Of a stretch of DNA of 64,000 bases, positions 13,690 through 26,739 are shown piece after piece (within the stretch, counting starts at the first letter, position 1; every line of letters begins with the position of its first letter). This stretch comes from Takakia lepidozioides. Taxonomy: Eukaryota > Plantae > Bryophyta. The stretch lies in NCBI GenBank assembly GCA_030704615.1, contig CM060732.1, positions 48,236,001 to 48,300,000 of the forward strand, in the 5' to 3' direction. The position numbers and the translations under genes are program-made. The notes beneath the pieces are model-generated. The model was not told the DNA's origin. It worked only from the letters and a program-made list of their open reading frames with translations, and made no database searches.

Positions 13690-14210
13690 AATGAATGAAT
13701 GAATGGATGAATGAATGATTAGGATGAATTAGGATGAATTAGGATGAATGTGCTCGAATTTAGGGTTGTTAGGTCGCAGTGTTAAGTATGAGGATAATAA
13801 GTAGTAAAAATATTTAACTACTGTTTCACTGACCCAGCAGATTAACAGTAAAACTAATCGACTGCTCGTTAAGATTAGTGAAACAAAACAACTGTATTAT
13901 CTCAACGAATGATACACAAATGCCTTGCTGGCAACTATTGGATGAACGTATCAAACATAACTTTTGTGCACTGGATGAACGTATGAATGAATGATACAAC
14001 AAACGCCTTGCTGGCAACTATTGGATGAACGTAGGAATGAATGATAATGCAAACGCTGAGCTGGCAGCTATTGGATGAACTGACAGTGAAACTCATTTAA
14101 GGATTTTTTTTGGATGAATGGATGAAATTAAAATGGCCAAAAATTTGGAAAAAAACAAATGAATGGATGGATATATTGATGGAAAACCCAAATCCATCCA
14201 TCTATCCATC
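13690..14210 (+). repeat. GGATGAA-rich tandem repeats
   Basis: (TGAA)n, (TTAGGATGAA)x3 and about three copies of CTTGCTGGCAACTATTGGATGAACG. Confidence 0.7.
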
Positions 14211-14439
14211 CAGTCATGAGTAGAGGGGACTTAGCGTTTTTTTTGTCTCCCCTGCCATCTGTTTGTTTCCTTTGTGTTGAGTTTGATCGTGAGAAGGACG
14301 GAGCTGTGTTTGCTTTCTTTTATTCTCGAGTCTGATCATGAGAGACATCGAACAGGGCGGAGCTATGTTTGTTTTGTTTTAGGGTCGAGTCTGATCATAA
14401 GAGACGACGAGCGAAGCTGGTGGATAGGGGGCAGACATG

Positions 14440-14545
14440 TACTCAAACCCTAGAATCGGGGCATGAAGATGTGGTGCACGATGTGGCCATCGACTACTAT
14501 GGGAAGCGGCTGGCCACCTTCACGATGGACAACCGCAGTCGCAAG
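14440..14545 (+). pseudogene. SEC13: Orphan N-terminal fragment of Sec13 (WD40)
   Basis: QTLESGHEDVVHDVAIDYYGKRLAT matches the Sec13 N-terminus; followed by AAG|GTATGG; no downstream Sec13 sequence seen. Confidence 0.8.
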
Positions 14546-15868
14546 GTATGGCTTTTTCTCAATGTATGATGTGAAGAAGTTTGTCCATCCTGCAAATGTG
14601 GGCTCTTGGCGGCTGTTAGTACCATGATTTGGTATTCTTCCTGCTGTTTACAAGGTTCTTCGGAGAGTCAGCTTGCTCTAAGCAAGTCGTGTTTCAATCT
14701 CTGCTCGCTCAGCTGCACTGTGGTCGTCTTGTTTGGCTGTAGGTGGGATGACTCAGTTTTTGGATGCTTGTGTTGATGTTTTCGAGGATAAACTGGGCAA
14801 GCATTCACAAATAGGAATATCTTATGGATGTGCAAATATGTCGATCAAGTGCTTTCAGTTTTCACCTCCTGTCTTTGATTGTCTGGTTCGAAGTGGCCAC
14901 TCAAATATTGATGAACTTCAGGTAGGGAAAATGAAATGAAATGAAACGAAATGGTACTTTCTAACGTCCGCGGAAAGCTCAGTCGGAGAGAGTCGGTTTT
15001 GTCAGCGCTTGGGGTGGGAGATAAATGGGCTCCGGCAGCTCGAAGTCCAGCTCCGGACCTTCTGATACTTTGATACCTAAGGTCAGCTGTTCAAAGAGAT
15101 TGTCTGCTCCACGCTCTCTCTCTCTCTTTTCTCTTGAATACAACTGATTGATGGGCTTTTCCTGTTATTCTATTTTGTCCTGTAGGACCTGTAGTCCCTG
15201 TGGATTCATCCAGTTTGTTTTTTTTCTCTCCCTGCAGCGATTCTGGTCTGGTTTCTGCTTTACTGTTGGACTTTCATGGATGTTATAAAGCTTATCATGG
15301 TTTTGGTTTGCCAGCTTTCTACACTGTTATTCTAATCTGTAGACCTCCCTGGCCAACATGATGATCAATTATTCTTATCAGATTAGCACTGAGCAGCTGC
15401 GACTATTTGTTTCAAGCCGCGTGCAATAACTCATAGAAAGAGATTCTCAACTTGGATAGTGTTTGAAGTGCCTTACAGAGTTTTGCTGGTGCTTTGTATC
15501 CAGTGGTACGTAAACTTGGACACCCAATGTTCCAAGTCCTTCTTCAGCAAACAAATACGGTAAGGAGTCTAGATCTTCACTTTGATCTATGTAATGTAAT
15601 GTGTGCCTTCTTTTGGACATGCATAGGAAAACATGTAGTCCGTATTCTGTAACATTTTGGTATGGCACAGTCCTGTGGTGTATGCTTTGAAATTATTATG
15701 TGTTTTCTCTATCATCTGTGCTTTGGCAAGACATTGATGAATATGGACAATCTTGATATTTGAAGAGACAGAAAGAAAGTGTGAAGATGAAATGTAGTCG
15801 ACATGATGTAATTAGGTGCCCTCCTTCGCTGATGATGCTGGTCTACATGTGGGTATGTGAATGTACAG

Positions 15869-15952
15869 GGGCGTGGAACAGTGGTCACAGGGTGTGTGGA
15901 ACAGGGGATATTTAAGGTTGGCGAGGAAGTTGAAGTGGTTGGGCTTCGCACG
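15869..15952 (+). pseudogene. tufA: Orphan exon of organellar (probably mitochondrial) EF-Tu
   Basis: CAG|[28 protein letters not shown]|GTAA: 84-bp phase-0 exon matching EF-Tu domain II; no neighbouring exons recognised. Confidence 0.8.
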
Positions 15953-16644
15953 GTAACAATCTTCCTTGCACAGAAACCTAGGCCCATATAACTTTCCTTC
16001 CTTTGGCAATGTCAATACAGGGATTTGCTGTGTGATTCACTTCAGTTGGGTCATGACACAAGGTCAAGGACAATGTGGTGAAGGCACCTTCTTCTTTGAA
16101 CAATGGACTCACTTTCAAGCGTGGGATAAGTGGAAAGTAATGCCTTTTCTTATCTCACCCACAAACACGACAAATATATCAACATTTATTTTATTCATAT
16201 CCACGTATTGCACATAAGCGAGGGAGAGATATATATTTCTAATGACAATTTATAAATATTTTATAAAGTCAACACGAATTGAACCAATTATTTCTCCTAT
16301 CTTCAAACCCTAAATAGAAGCCTAAAAACTCAATTATAATATCTTCAATTGTAACATGACCCAGAACACGTAAATGCATATTTATTGTGTACGTACGGTC
16401 CACATATTACATATATCTTTCTCTCAGCTCTTTTATGTGTAAGAACTAATTATCATATCAAAATATTATTTATTGGAATGATATAACCTATTAAACCCTA
16501 AACCCTAAAATGATATATGAGTTTGTGAACATATCACTATATATTTACATATATATGTATAGTCATGTACATATAAGTTTTGTGTATGTTCATTTTTACT
16601 AAACTTGAAATAGTCAAAAAAGAATATATATATAAGTAAAATGT

Positions 16645-17150
16645 ACCTTTCGTGGATTGTGTACATTGATGACGTGCACTAGCACGCTCATGCTCTCCGT
16701 AGTACAAGGTGCAATCACTAGGACATAGATGAATAATTTTGTGGCCCATCCCCACCGTCTAGAACCTCTTCCGCCTTTTTTCTTGAATGTGGCATTTTAT
16801 GCTCCACATGGGGGACGAGGATGTGGTCTGTAAATTAAGCAACAACAATATGGTGGAAAACCGACTCACTCTTGCCCCTTGTACAATGATGTGTTTGCCT
16901 CAGCCTCCATTGGATTGGGATTGGCATCCTCATGAACCAACATATCTGGCGTGATATCAACCTCCCCAATGTGTTGTCGATCCCTCATCCAAGTGGTTCA
17001 CTAAGAGATCTTTCATGGCTCTCACATCCCGGGTCCATACTATGCTCATTATCAGTATTATCGATACCCGCGTCCTCGGTACTTATATAAAGGTCCTCTT
17101 CTTTGTGTCCATCAATATATTGGGCGCCATACTCATCAGCCTCAGTCTCC
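16645..17150 (-). pseudogene. Decayed CACTA Tnp2/TnpD N-terminal fragment
   Basis: SRFSTILLLLNL, KMPHSRKKA and GMGHKIIHLCPSDCTLYYGEH; homologous to 44249-44880. Confidence 0.75.
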
Positions 17151-17869
17151 TTGTTTGTTGGATGTTCAAACGATCAGAATTGTTTCTGTACACGGACCTT
17201 AATATACACATAGTTTATTAAGTCTTGATATATGGAGTACTGCTTTATTAAGTCTTAATATGTGGAGTACTTTGACATTGTTGAAATGGCCGGGGTAAAA
17301 TGGATAGGCACATTATATTGGCAATTTTCATTGGTCAAGTACTCTCTACTTTGATAAAAACAATCATTATATAACATTAATTGTATAGACCAATGTCATC
17401 AATATATGAAGCGAGGTAGTTTGTTTTGTTTAGTTTTGTAGCATTGAGATGTCCCAAACTGTGGCCCAGCCCTAGTGCTTGGTACCGTTGGAAAGCCCTC
17501 GATGAGGTGGGATGCACCGACTTAGTCTCATGATTTTTGGACCTGCGGCGTGGGAGATATGGAATTTCAAGTACTTTTGGTTGCTGGAAATTTGTGAAAA
17601 ATAGCAAAGTGGGCATTCCTAGAACAATGATAGGATATATTACTACTCAATAAATTCATGGAAAAACATAAATTGGTTTTTCCAAGATATGATTGTATAT
17701 ATAGAAGTATTAATATAAACTTCTAACTCTTTCACCAAATTCCAATCTCTGAATCACATTTTGCTCATTTTGTTCATGTTTACAATATTCTTTAAACATT
17801 AGTTCATTTACGTACCACGCATTCTTTGTAACTAAACAATCATCCAACTTCATCTTAGTATATCGATTT

Positions 17870-19640
17870 CAATTCTTCACACATGGGCCTCGACATAGGA
17901 GACGCACTTGGATACAGGGGATTGTACTTGGACTTAGATGACACTGGACACTTGGGTCAACGGCACAGGCTAGTACCCTAGTTGTACATAAAAGGGGATT
18001 GTACTTGGACTTAGATGACACTGGACACTTGGGTCAACGGCACAGGCTAGTACCCTAGTTGTACATAAAAACCACAACGTGGAATGTAGAAGTCGTCTCT
18101 TTGCACACCTAATTGTCATGGCCTACCGGCCCTCATGAAATAATTCGTACAATGCAAACAACTATTTATTAAGATCCAGCAAAATTTCCTCCTCATCCTT
18201 TTTTTATTTAAATATCAATCGAGGTGGGTGGACGATTTTGAGCAAGATTTGCTGAATCCGGCAACATTGTCAAATACGTCGGGATTGCCATCACAATATG
18301 CAATTTTTTCATGTCCATTGCCACTCGACTACCTCAATCTCATTGACACCTAGAATGTATGGGCAAATGTAAGGGGCAGCTAGCGCCCACTCAACAACAA
18401 TATAGGATGGACCGAAAAATGGAAACTAATCCATTGTAAGAACCTAAAAAAACCTACAGTTTTCATCAAATAACCGGCAGGTCTTTGGCGGATCTTTGAC
18501 AGTTTTTAGGTTATTTCAAAACTGCGTAAGCGGTTGTTATGAGCCTTTGCCGGTTGTTTTGAGAATTGCGCCGGTTATATTGCACTTGGGCTTAGATTGT
18601 AATTCTTCATACATGGGCCAATGACACAGGCTACCCTAGATCTCCCAAACAGGGGGGTCACTAGATGCATAGGGGATTGCACTTGGACTTAGATGTCATT
18701 GGACACTTGGGCCAACGACCGACCGACTTGGTTTCACAAAACTTGGACCTACGGACCGAGAATTATAGAAATATAAAACAATTTTGGTCATTGAAAATTC
18801 AACTAAATTACAAAATTGAGTGTTGGAATGACACTGAAGGTCCATGAGATAAGCACTTGGATACATAGGAGATTGCACTTGGGCTTAGATGGGCCTTAAT
18901 ATAGGAGACACACTTGGATACATATAAGGAAACATCACTTGGTCTTAGATTTCAATTCTTCACACTTGGGCCAACGGCACAAGCTACCCTAGAGGTTGCA
19001 CTTGGGCCTCAATATGGGAGATGCACTTGGGGTGCTTATAAGATGACACTAGACACTTGGGCAAAGTGGCTCTGTTGGAACAATGACGTGGAGACGTGCA
19101 AGGTCTCTGGATGCATAAGGGATTGCACTTGGACTTAGCTGACATTGGACACTAGAGGTTGCACTTGGGCCTCTACATGGGAAAAACACTTGGATACATA
19201 GGAGATTGCACTTGGGCTTAGATTTCAATTCTTCACACATGGACCAGCACAGGCTACCATAGGCCTACATCTCCCAAACAAGAGGGTCTCTTTGGGCACT
19301 GGAGGTCGCACTTGGGCCTCTAAATAAGAGACGCACTTGGATACATAGGAGATTGCACTTGGGTTTAGATGACAGTGGACATTGGGGCCTCTACACGAGA
19401 GATGCGCTTGGATACCGTAGAAGACTGCACTTGGCTTAGATGGGCCTCGACATAGGAGACGCACTGGAATACATAAAGAATTGCACTTGGACTTAGAGTT
19501 CAATTCTTCACACATGGGCAACAGAACATGCTACCCTAGAGGTCGCACTTGGGCCTCGAAGGCGCACTTGGATACATAGAATATTGCACTTGGGCTTAGA
19601 TGGCACTGGACACTTGGGCCAACGGCACAGGCTACCCTAG
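17870..19640 (+). repeat. CACTTGG-based satellite (~100-bp unit), interrupted
   Basis: Repeating CTAGAGGTCGCACTTGGGCCTCGACATAGGAGACGCACTTGGATACATAGGAGATTGCACTTGG...; perfect 77-bp tandem duplication at 17917/17994. Confidence 0.85.
18120..18437 (-). pseudogene. Decayed SET-domain fragment homologous to 45840-46763
   Basis: Reverse-strand reading FPFFGPSY...APYICPYILGVN...IAYCDGNPDVFDNVAGF versus FPYYGPYY...APYILPYILCVN...IRFCDGDPDIFGNVAGL. Confidence 0.75.
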
Positions 19641-19723
19641 TCAATATATGAAGGAAGCCACTTTGTTTTGTTTTGTTTTGTTTTTAGCGTTGAGATGTCC
19701 CAAACAGCGGGGCCCCAGCGTTG

Positions 19724-21075
19724 CAACGACACAACAGAGTGAGCCCCGCGCGTGAGCATGTGAGCACACGCTCACACAATGGTGATGTGGCGTGAGCCTA
19801 CGCTCACAGCAGCGTATGTGGCGTGAGTGCAAGGTCATGCCACGTGGCATGAGCATGCTGAGGTGGAGCGGGTATGCTGATGTGGCACTGCGACTGACAT
19901 CGCCACGTCATCCGATCATCACTTCTGCCTTTTTTTTGGGGGGGGGGGGGGGGGGGGGGGGTAGGAAAAAAAAAAAAAAAAAAAAAAAAAACGGCACCGA
20001 TCATCACTTTTGTTCTGTTTTGGCATTTGGGTAGTTGTAATGATTGTCGACGATCGTCACCTCTGCTAGATGGAGTTTAGGGTTATGATTTAGGGTCAGG
20101 GTTTGCGGTTTAGGGTTTAAGATTTGAACATGATTGAACACACAGTTCGATGCCATGGTAATCGCGAAGCCTACTTTGCGCAGTCTCTCCTCCATCTCTG
20201 TCACGCCCGCCATCACCCCTCCCTCCTTGCCTGTCCACCTCCCTGCCTGTATTGGTTTGTTTTTCTCTACGATTACATATACATATTGCGATTGTGTATA
20301 TATATTTGCCACAAATACGTACGTACGTACACACACGAGTTGGACACATTCATCTATGCAGAGGACTGTGCATCCAGATCCACAAACATTCATCCATAAG
20401 AAGTGCATTTGCTTGTGTCAAGACAAACTGATACATTGACTTTCTTCCCGACCATCTCGGAGAATGTTTCATTCAAACACAACGACTTCCTAACATGCAA
20501 GGGCTTAATATGTAGACCATATCTAAATCAGTCTATTCCATCTGGGCAATTTTTACGTAGGAAAGCCTCAATTTCACTCCGGCTAACTTTGAGGGTTGGG
20601 GATCTGCACTGGGAACTGCTACTACACCTTGTTATCAACTGATACAAAAGTTCGTTGTAATTAGCATGCTCATTCTCCCTTTTTCATGGGAGGGATAAAG
20701 GTCTCACTTCGGCAATCGCACACTTATCAAATCGCAGTTTATGACACGAGGGCCGGCGGTGGGATGGATATTAAAGATGCACTCTGCAATGACTGGAAAG
20801 GGTAAATCATTCCGTGGAAATAGGCACCTACCTCACGCCTTTGGGCTCACGATCTAGCATTCCCTCATTCCGCCTGTTCTGTCCGCGGTTATAGGTCCGT
20901 CCCTATGGAAATAACGTGGCATGACGTGACGTGGCGTCAACCACGCTAGTGAGGACTGTTGACGTGCCGTGACACCCGTGAACCAACGTCGTGGCGAGAA
21001 CTACTGACGTACCGTGAGCCTGATTCCGCTCACGTGCTCGCACGCTCACGCGGCCAGGCTCACGCGGAGGCATCC
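19724..21075. mobile_element. Non-autonomous TIR insertion (Mutator-like)
   Basis: Flanked by CCCCAGCGTTG (19713-19723, 21076-21086); degenerate GTGAGC-rich inverted ends; splits a repeat whose uninterrupted copy is at ~17445-17620. Confidence 0.65.
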
Positions 21076-21469
21076 CCCCAGCGTTGGTGCTTGGTCCCCT
21101 TGGAAAGCCCTCGAGGAGGAGGGGTGCACCGGCTTGGTCTCATGATTTTGGACCTGCGGTGTAGGAGATGTCGAATTTCAAGTACTTTGGGTTGCTGGAA
21201 ATTCGTGAAAAATAGCAAAATGGGCTTTCCTGGGACAATGATTGGAGCCTCGACAGGAGAGATATCAAGGGAAAGGTCTCCAGTTCAAATCTAGTCGTAG
21301 GCTCTTTGGAACAAAAATGATTGGCCCTTCATTTCTCTTTTGTGAATGTGGATACAAATGTAAATTGGGTCATTTTAGAATATTGGCGTTCACAATATGT
21401 TTTGTAGCGTCGTTGAGATCTCCCAAACCGTGGGGCCTCTGGCCATGATTTTGGTACCGTTGGAAAGAA

Positions 21470-22545
21470 AATGACTTAGATGACATTGGACACTTGGGCC
21501 AACGGCACATGCTACCCTAGGACATTGATTGGAGCCTGGACAAAAGATATAATATCAATAATGATCAGATATATTATGACTCAATAAATTCTTGAAAAGG
21601 GAAAAATTGGGCCTTAACATGGGAGACGTACTTCGATACATAGGAGATTGCACACTGGGCTTAGATGGGCCTCGACATAGGAGACGCACTGGGAAACATA
21701 GGGAAATTGCACTTGGTCTTAGATGTCAGTTCTTCACACATGGGCCAAAGGTATAGGCTGCCCTAGAGGTTGCACTTGGGCCTCGACATAGGAGACGCAC
21801 TGGGATACATAGAAGATCTTACACTTGGGCTTCTAGATGACACTGGACACTTGGGCCAACCGCAGAGGCTATCCTAGAGGTCGCATTTGGGCCTCGACAT
21901 AGGAGATGCACTTGGATACATACGGGATTGCACTTGGACTTAGATGGCACTGGACGCTTGGGCCAATGGCACAGGCTACCCTAAATCAAGGGAAAGGTCT
22001 CCGGTTCAAATCTGGTCGTAGGCTTTGTGGAAAAAAAAATGATTAGACTAAGATGACTTAGATGACATTCGACACTTGGGCCAAACACTTGGGCCAACGG
22101 CACAGGCTACCCTAGAGGTCGCATTTGGGTCTAGACATAGGAGACGCACTTGGATACACATGAGATTGCACTTGGACTTAGATTTTAATTCTTCACACAT
22201 GCGCCAACGGCATGGACTACGCTAGAGGTCGCGCTTGGGCCTCAACATAAGAGACGCATTGCATACATAGGAAATTGCGCTTGGTCTTAGATTTTCAATT
22301 CTTCACACATGGGCCAAAGGTACCGGCTATCCTAGAGGTTGCACTTGGGCCTCGACATAGGAGATGCACTGGGATACATAGAAGATCTTACACTTGGACT
22401 TAGATGACACTTGAGCCCATGGCACATGCTACCCTAGAGGTCGCATTTGGGCCTCGCCATAGAAGACACACTTGGTTACAGAGAGGATTGCACTTGGACT
22501 TAGATGGCATTGGAACTTGGGCCAATGGCACAGGCTACCCTAGTA
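21470..22545 (+). repeat. CACTTGG-based satellite, second block
   Basis: Same unit as 17870-19640. Confidence 0.85.
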
Positions 22546-22549
22546 ACTT

Positions 22550-23100
22550 TCTTGATAACATCCGTGGGTTTGTAGCTGAATCAAAGAACATCCCAACATA
22601 AGAAGAGACCTCTTAACGCCTTGGGAAATGTGGTGACTGGTCATAGGTAGAGATACATGGATGATGGGATATGTGGCGTTCTATCCCTCTGTGTGGTACT
22701 CAAATGTTTCTATCTGGTGATAGACCAACATACAATAGCTGTGAGTCATTTTTCCCTGCTCTAAGAAACAAGCTTATGAGCAAGGAGAAGAATCAGGAGT
22801 GTTTAGTTGTTGGCAGCTCCCTAAGATAGAATCACCGTAAGGTTAGTATTTGTAAAATTCACACTAACAATATTATATCTTGGTATATTGTATGATACAT
22901 CCATGAGCCTGTTGACTGTTGTCTTGCCACAGCGCAAGGCAGTCCATTCACTCATGTATTGTTGGATGCTATATGAGAGGTGTTTGGTCTCTCTCCATGG
23001 CAAGTCAGAAGAACTGAAATTTCTATCATGCACTCTTCCATGGTTAGAGAGAGAAGACTCCGGTCAGTGGAATATTTAAAAAATTAAAAACAAATATTAG

Positions 23101-23135
<35 letters not shown>
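22550..23135 (+). mobile_element. Possible 3' end of a retroposed/LINE fragment with poly(A)
   Basis: Short ORF ends at 23079, followed by A30 at 23106-23135; no TSD identified. Confidence 0.35.
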
Positions 23136-23136
<1 letters not shown>

Positions 23137-24361
23137 ACTATTGTCTTGTATGCGCGGCGCGTACGAAATACGTAACTAAGAGCCACTTCGCCTTATGGCT
23201 ACTGCTCCCTTTCGGGGGTGGGCGTACATTGCTGTTATATGATGGATGATTGAAAGTTAACTCAAAGATTTTGATCGAGTAATCACAATTGAATGACTTT
23301 CGACAAATCAAAGCTAGAACAAAATTTATAAGTGGAAGATAAGATGACAGGGTGTTTGCTTTTGCTCGAACATCGGATGGTCCATTCTATTCAAAACATG
23401 TTCTCACTGTTGGAATCTTGAGACTACCGCAAAGAATTAAATAAGCTTGAATTGTTGAGATCGTCGTCCCAAAATATACAAACACTTTAAATAGACGCCC
23501 AATTGATATAATCTATACGCACAATTGATCCTAGATTTGAGAAATCTATATGTATAGGAGACTGGAGTAAGCTAGGAAGGAGCAATGACTCACGATCTAC
23601 CTCACGTAACTATAGAATACCAAGTGGCAGTTTTTTGCAAGGACCATGTAAAGTATCCAAATTGGATTATTCTCTTCTTGTTTTGAACTTTGAATGTTGC
23701 TCGGTCACTTGTATACCATTGAATAGTTGTTTTGGATGACAGACAATTTAAGTTTGACAAGAGCTCTGCATATTCTGGTGAAAACCTTTCAAGAACTCTA
23801 GTATACACAATGGTCTTCTTTTTGAGCAATGGTGAACTTAAGGTCCCCTCGTAATTTTTGGAAGTGATTTTTAGTTTGCCAACAATACTCTAGAAAGAAC
23901 TGTATATAGTGTCAAGTTAGCAATAATTCTCTATGTTAAAATTCAATCATGTACATTTAAGAGAATTGAAATATTTATTTCAACTAGATAATTATGTGAC
24001 AGATGTACATTCGATCCTAATGTGATGCAATTGCATTTCGTGGACTTTTACTTTTGACAAAATTTGATATATGTCTCAGTACTAGTGTATGTCACGTATT
24101 CAATAAGTCTGATATAGAATGCATTGATATCAATTGTGCAATCAAGTTATAGTTATAGCTACAAAAGGAATGTCTATGTATATTGCGCAACAAATTCACA
24201 TATATATATGCAGCAGCAGTACTATAACAACTTGTCCGTAGAATAGAATTATATCAGTCAGACTAATTAGGGTCCTAATCAGGTTCAATAGACTAATGCG
24301 AGAAGAGATCGCGATGGAAGGATGCATGTGAGACTTTGGTAAACTAAACCACAAAGTCCTA

Positions 24362-25463
24362 CTAGGGGCAGAAGACCACTTCGTAGTCGGAGCCAGTGTT
24401 GCAGACATAGTCGACGTTGTCGTTATCTGTTGAGTAGGAGAAGGCATTGGGGCATGCATTTTTGAAGGCAATGGTACCACTAGTAGGACCACTACTGTAG
24501 GGGCCATCAATGTTATAGCAACCGGCCGCCGAGGCATCAGTAAGTGTGTTGGGACTCGTGCAGAATCCATTCTGAAGGTTGCTGATGACGCAGGTTGGCG
24601 ATCCACAGTAAAGCCCATCGAGTTGCCCCCCACTCGTTGGGCTCACCCGCATCGGCAAATTATAAGCATTCTGCCAAATCAAAAACCTTCATCATGTATC
24701 AATTATACCCTTGACACAAATATCCACTGTAATAAAACAACTGCATTGATCATTAATTAGTACTAGAACCATCAATTGCAACATGTAAACTAGATCAATG
24801 CAATGTCAACTTGTTTCAACCTTTTGTTATATGCTAAAGATCATTATCTACAACATATGTCTGATATCTTGGGTGTTGCTAGAAGGGAGATGGCATGCAT
24901 GCATACCACATTGCTGATGTCATAGTGATCCAAGTTGTTGGCCCCGCCAATGGTGATTTCAGCAAGGTTGGCCTGGGGCTTGGCATTGATGCCGACGGAT
25001 GGATCGTTGTTGTCACCATGATAGCCCCAAATGAGACCACCAGGCCAATTGCTGCTCAAATCGAGCTGCTGGAAGCCATAGCTGGGTCCCAGCGCATAGC
25101 AGTTCACCGACGCTCCTACATCATTGCACGTCGCACATGCCGTGATGTCTTGCGAGCATTGATTAATGATATTGATCCTTGCAGCTGCAAAAACAAAACC
25201 CCACATCACATCTCATTTAACTCTAGCAGTAATATTGTCAGTCACCGATTGATAGAATTACGATAGAATTACATATGTGATCATGTGATTTTGTTTATCA
25301 TTTGTCGAGCATTCGTCCAGAACTATTACTACAAATTATAGCGTTCATCAAATCAAACATTGGAGAGTTCCCAGGAGTCGCACTAACCCTCGACTAAGCT
25401 GAGCATACACCAAGACACCACAATAAGCACTAGGGCAATGATCGTCCTGCTCGACTTCGCCAT
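24362..25463 (-). CDS. Secreted thaumatin-like (PR-5) protein, 220 aa, exons 25463-25388, 25184-24907, 24670-24362
   Basis: Hydrophobic signal peptide; GT-AG introns in consistent phase (76+278+309=663 nt); motifs IINQC, ANLAEITI, DHYDISNVNAYNLPM, FKNACPNAFSYS.D, YEVVFCP*. Confidence 0.93.
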
Positions 25464-25562
25464 TGAATGAAAATGTGCATAGAGCAATTCCGAGAACTAG
25501 GCCGAGAACTAGAATGAAGGTGGTGACTTATACACAATGGTAGTCAGTGCTATCCATATCAC

Positions 25563-25572
25563 TTTATTTATA
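25563..25572 (-). promoter_or_regulatory. Candidate TATA box of the thaumatin-like gene
   Basis: TATAAATA on the - strand ~100 bp upstream of the ATG. Confidence 0.5.
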
Positions 25573-26739
25573 TCTTTCTCTGGAGCTTGCAAATTATTTC
25601 TTAAGTCTCAGCTCTTGATCTAGACCATGGAACAACAGACCAAGATCTTGGAATCATTCTTTAGAATGTTTTTTCTTTTTTTAGATTATATTTTAAGCTA
25701 CCTATCCTTCATCTTATATCCTCCGATATTTTTGGGTGAACACCATGTGGATTAAATATTAAGGGGGAATGGCAAAAAAGTTAGCAAGAATCACACACAT
25801 AATTTGCTTCATCCAATAGAGACAACTCGTGTACATATATCACAATGCAAGACCAGTTTAAACCAGTTGGACCATGTATTGTCTTTCCCAATGTTGAACT
25901 TGTACACCAAGCAGTAGAGGTCACATATCATTTATAAGAATAAGTTTATTATAATCGTTAATAATAATAATAATAAACCTATAAGATATAATGAGACACA
26001 TGCTGCCATGCCATGCTAGCTAGATTCTATCTCATTGTAGCCGTCCGTGACTGAAATGCCAAGATGATGCCAACCTACTTGAGATAACCTCAAGTGGAAG
26101 ATTTGAACCAAGCCGCCGTAGATGCCAAAAGAGGGAGTGGCCAAAGTCATAACCGCCTTATGTAAGTAAGGGGTTTAATACGTTTTATTAAAGAAGAAAA
26201 ATGAAGACTCTTGCCGAAGCAATTGTAGCTTATGGTGTCGCCTACCCGCCCCCAAAAGGCTATTGCCTTCCATTTGGAATGCAACGTAGTTGCCCAATCC
26301 TCCACCAAGGACTGAACAGCCCAGAGAGTTCGCGTTACCGACACGTTTAAATAACACATTGGCCCAATTGTGCATAATTCTCTATCTTTGTCCATCGTTG
26401 GCCATAATAGGTGACGTGGCTTTACCACTTGTGTAAGGCGGCCTAGAGCCCTAACCACAGCTAGACCATCTATTGCATGTTGTGTTATTAACGTATAATG
26501 ATAATATATTGTTTTCTTATACACATTCATAAGATGGCACCATGTAGAGAAATTGTATAAGAGATCTATTTCTCTCATTTCACCATCATCTGGATCAACC
26601 AAGTTTTCCAACTTGGTATACACTACAGCAAGAGAAATGGGTTTACCTTCCACCACTTTGAGTTCACGTCTTGTAAATTTTTCAACCGTCTTCTTAACTA
26701 GTGTGGAATGAGCCAAAATGAGCATGACGGTCATTCTTT

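Noticed and set aside
19930-20120. Telomere-like TTTAGGG copies and T/G/A homopolymers
   Set aside because: Only scattered single telo-box-like motifs and low-complexity runs, not an array.
26147-26734. 195-aa ORF as a host gene
   Set aside because: No recognisable motif; abuts decayed Helitron-like sequence.
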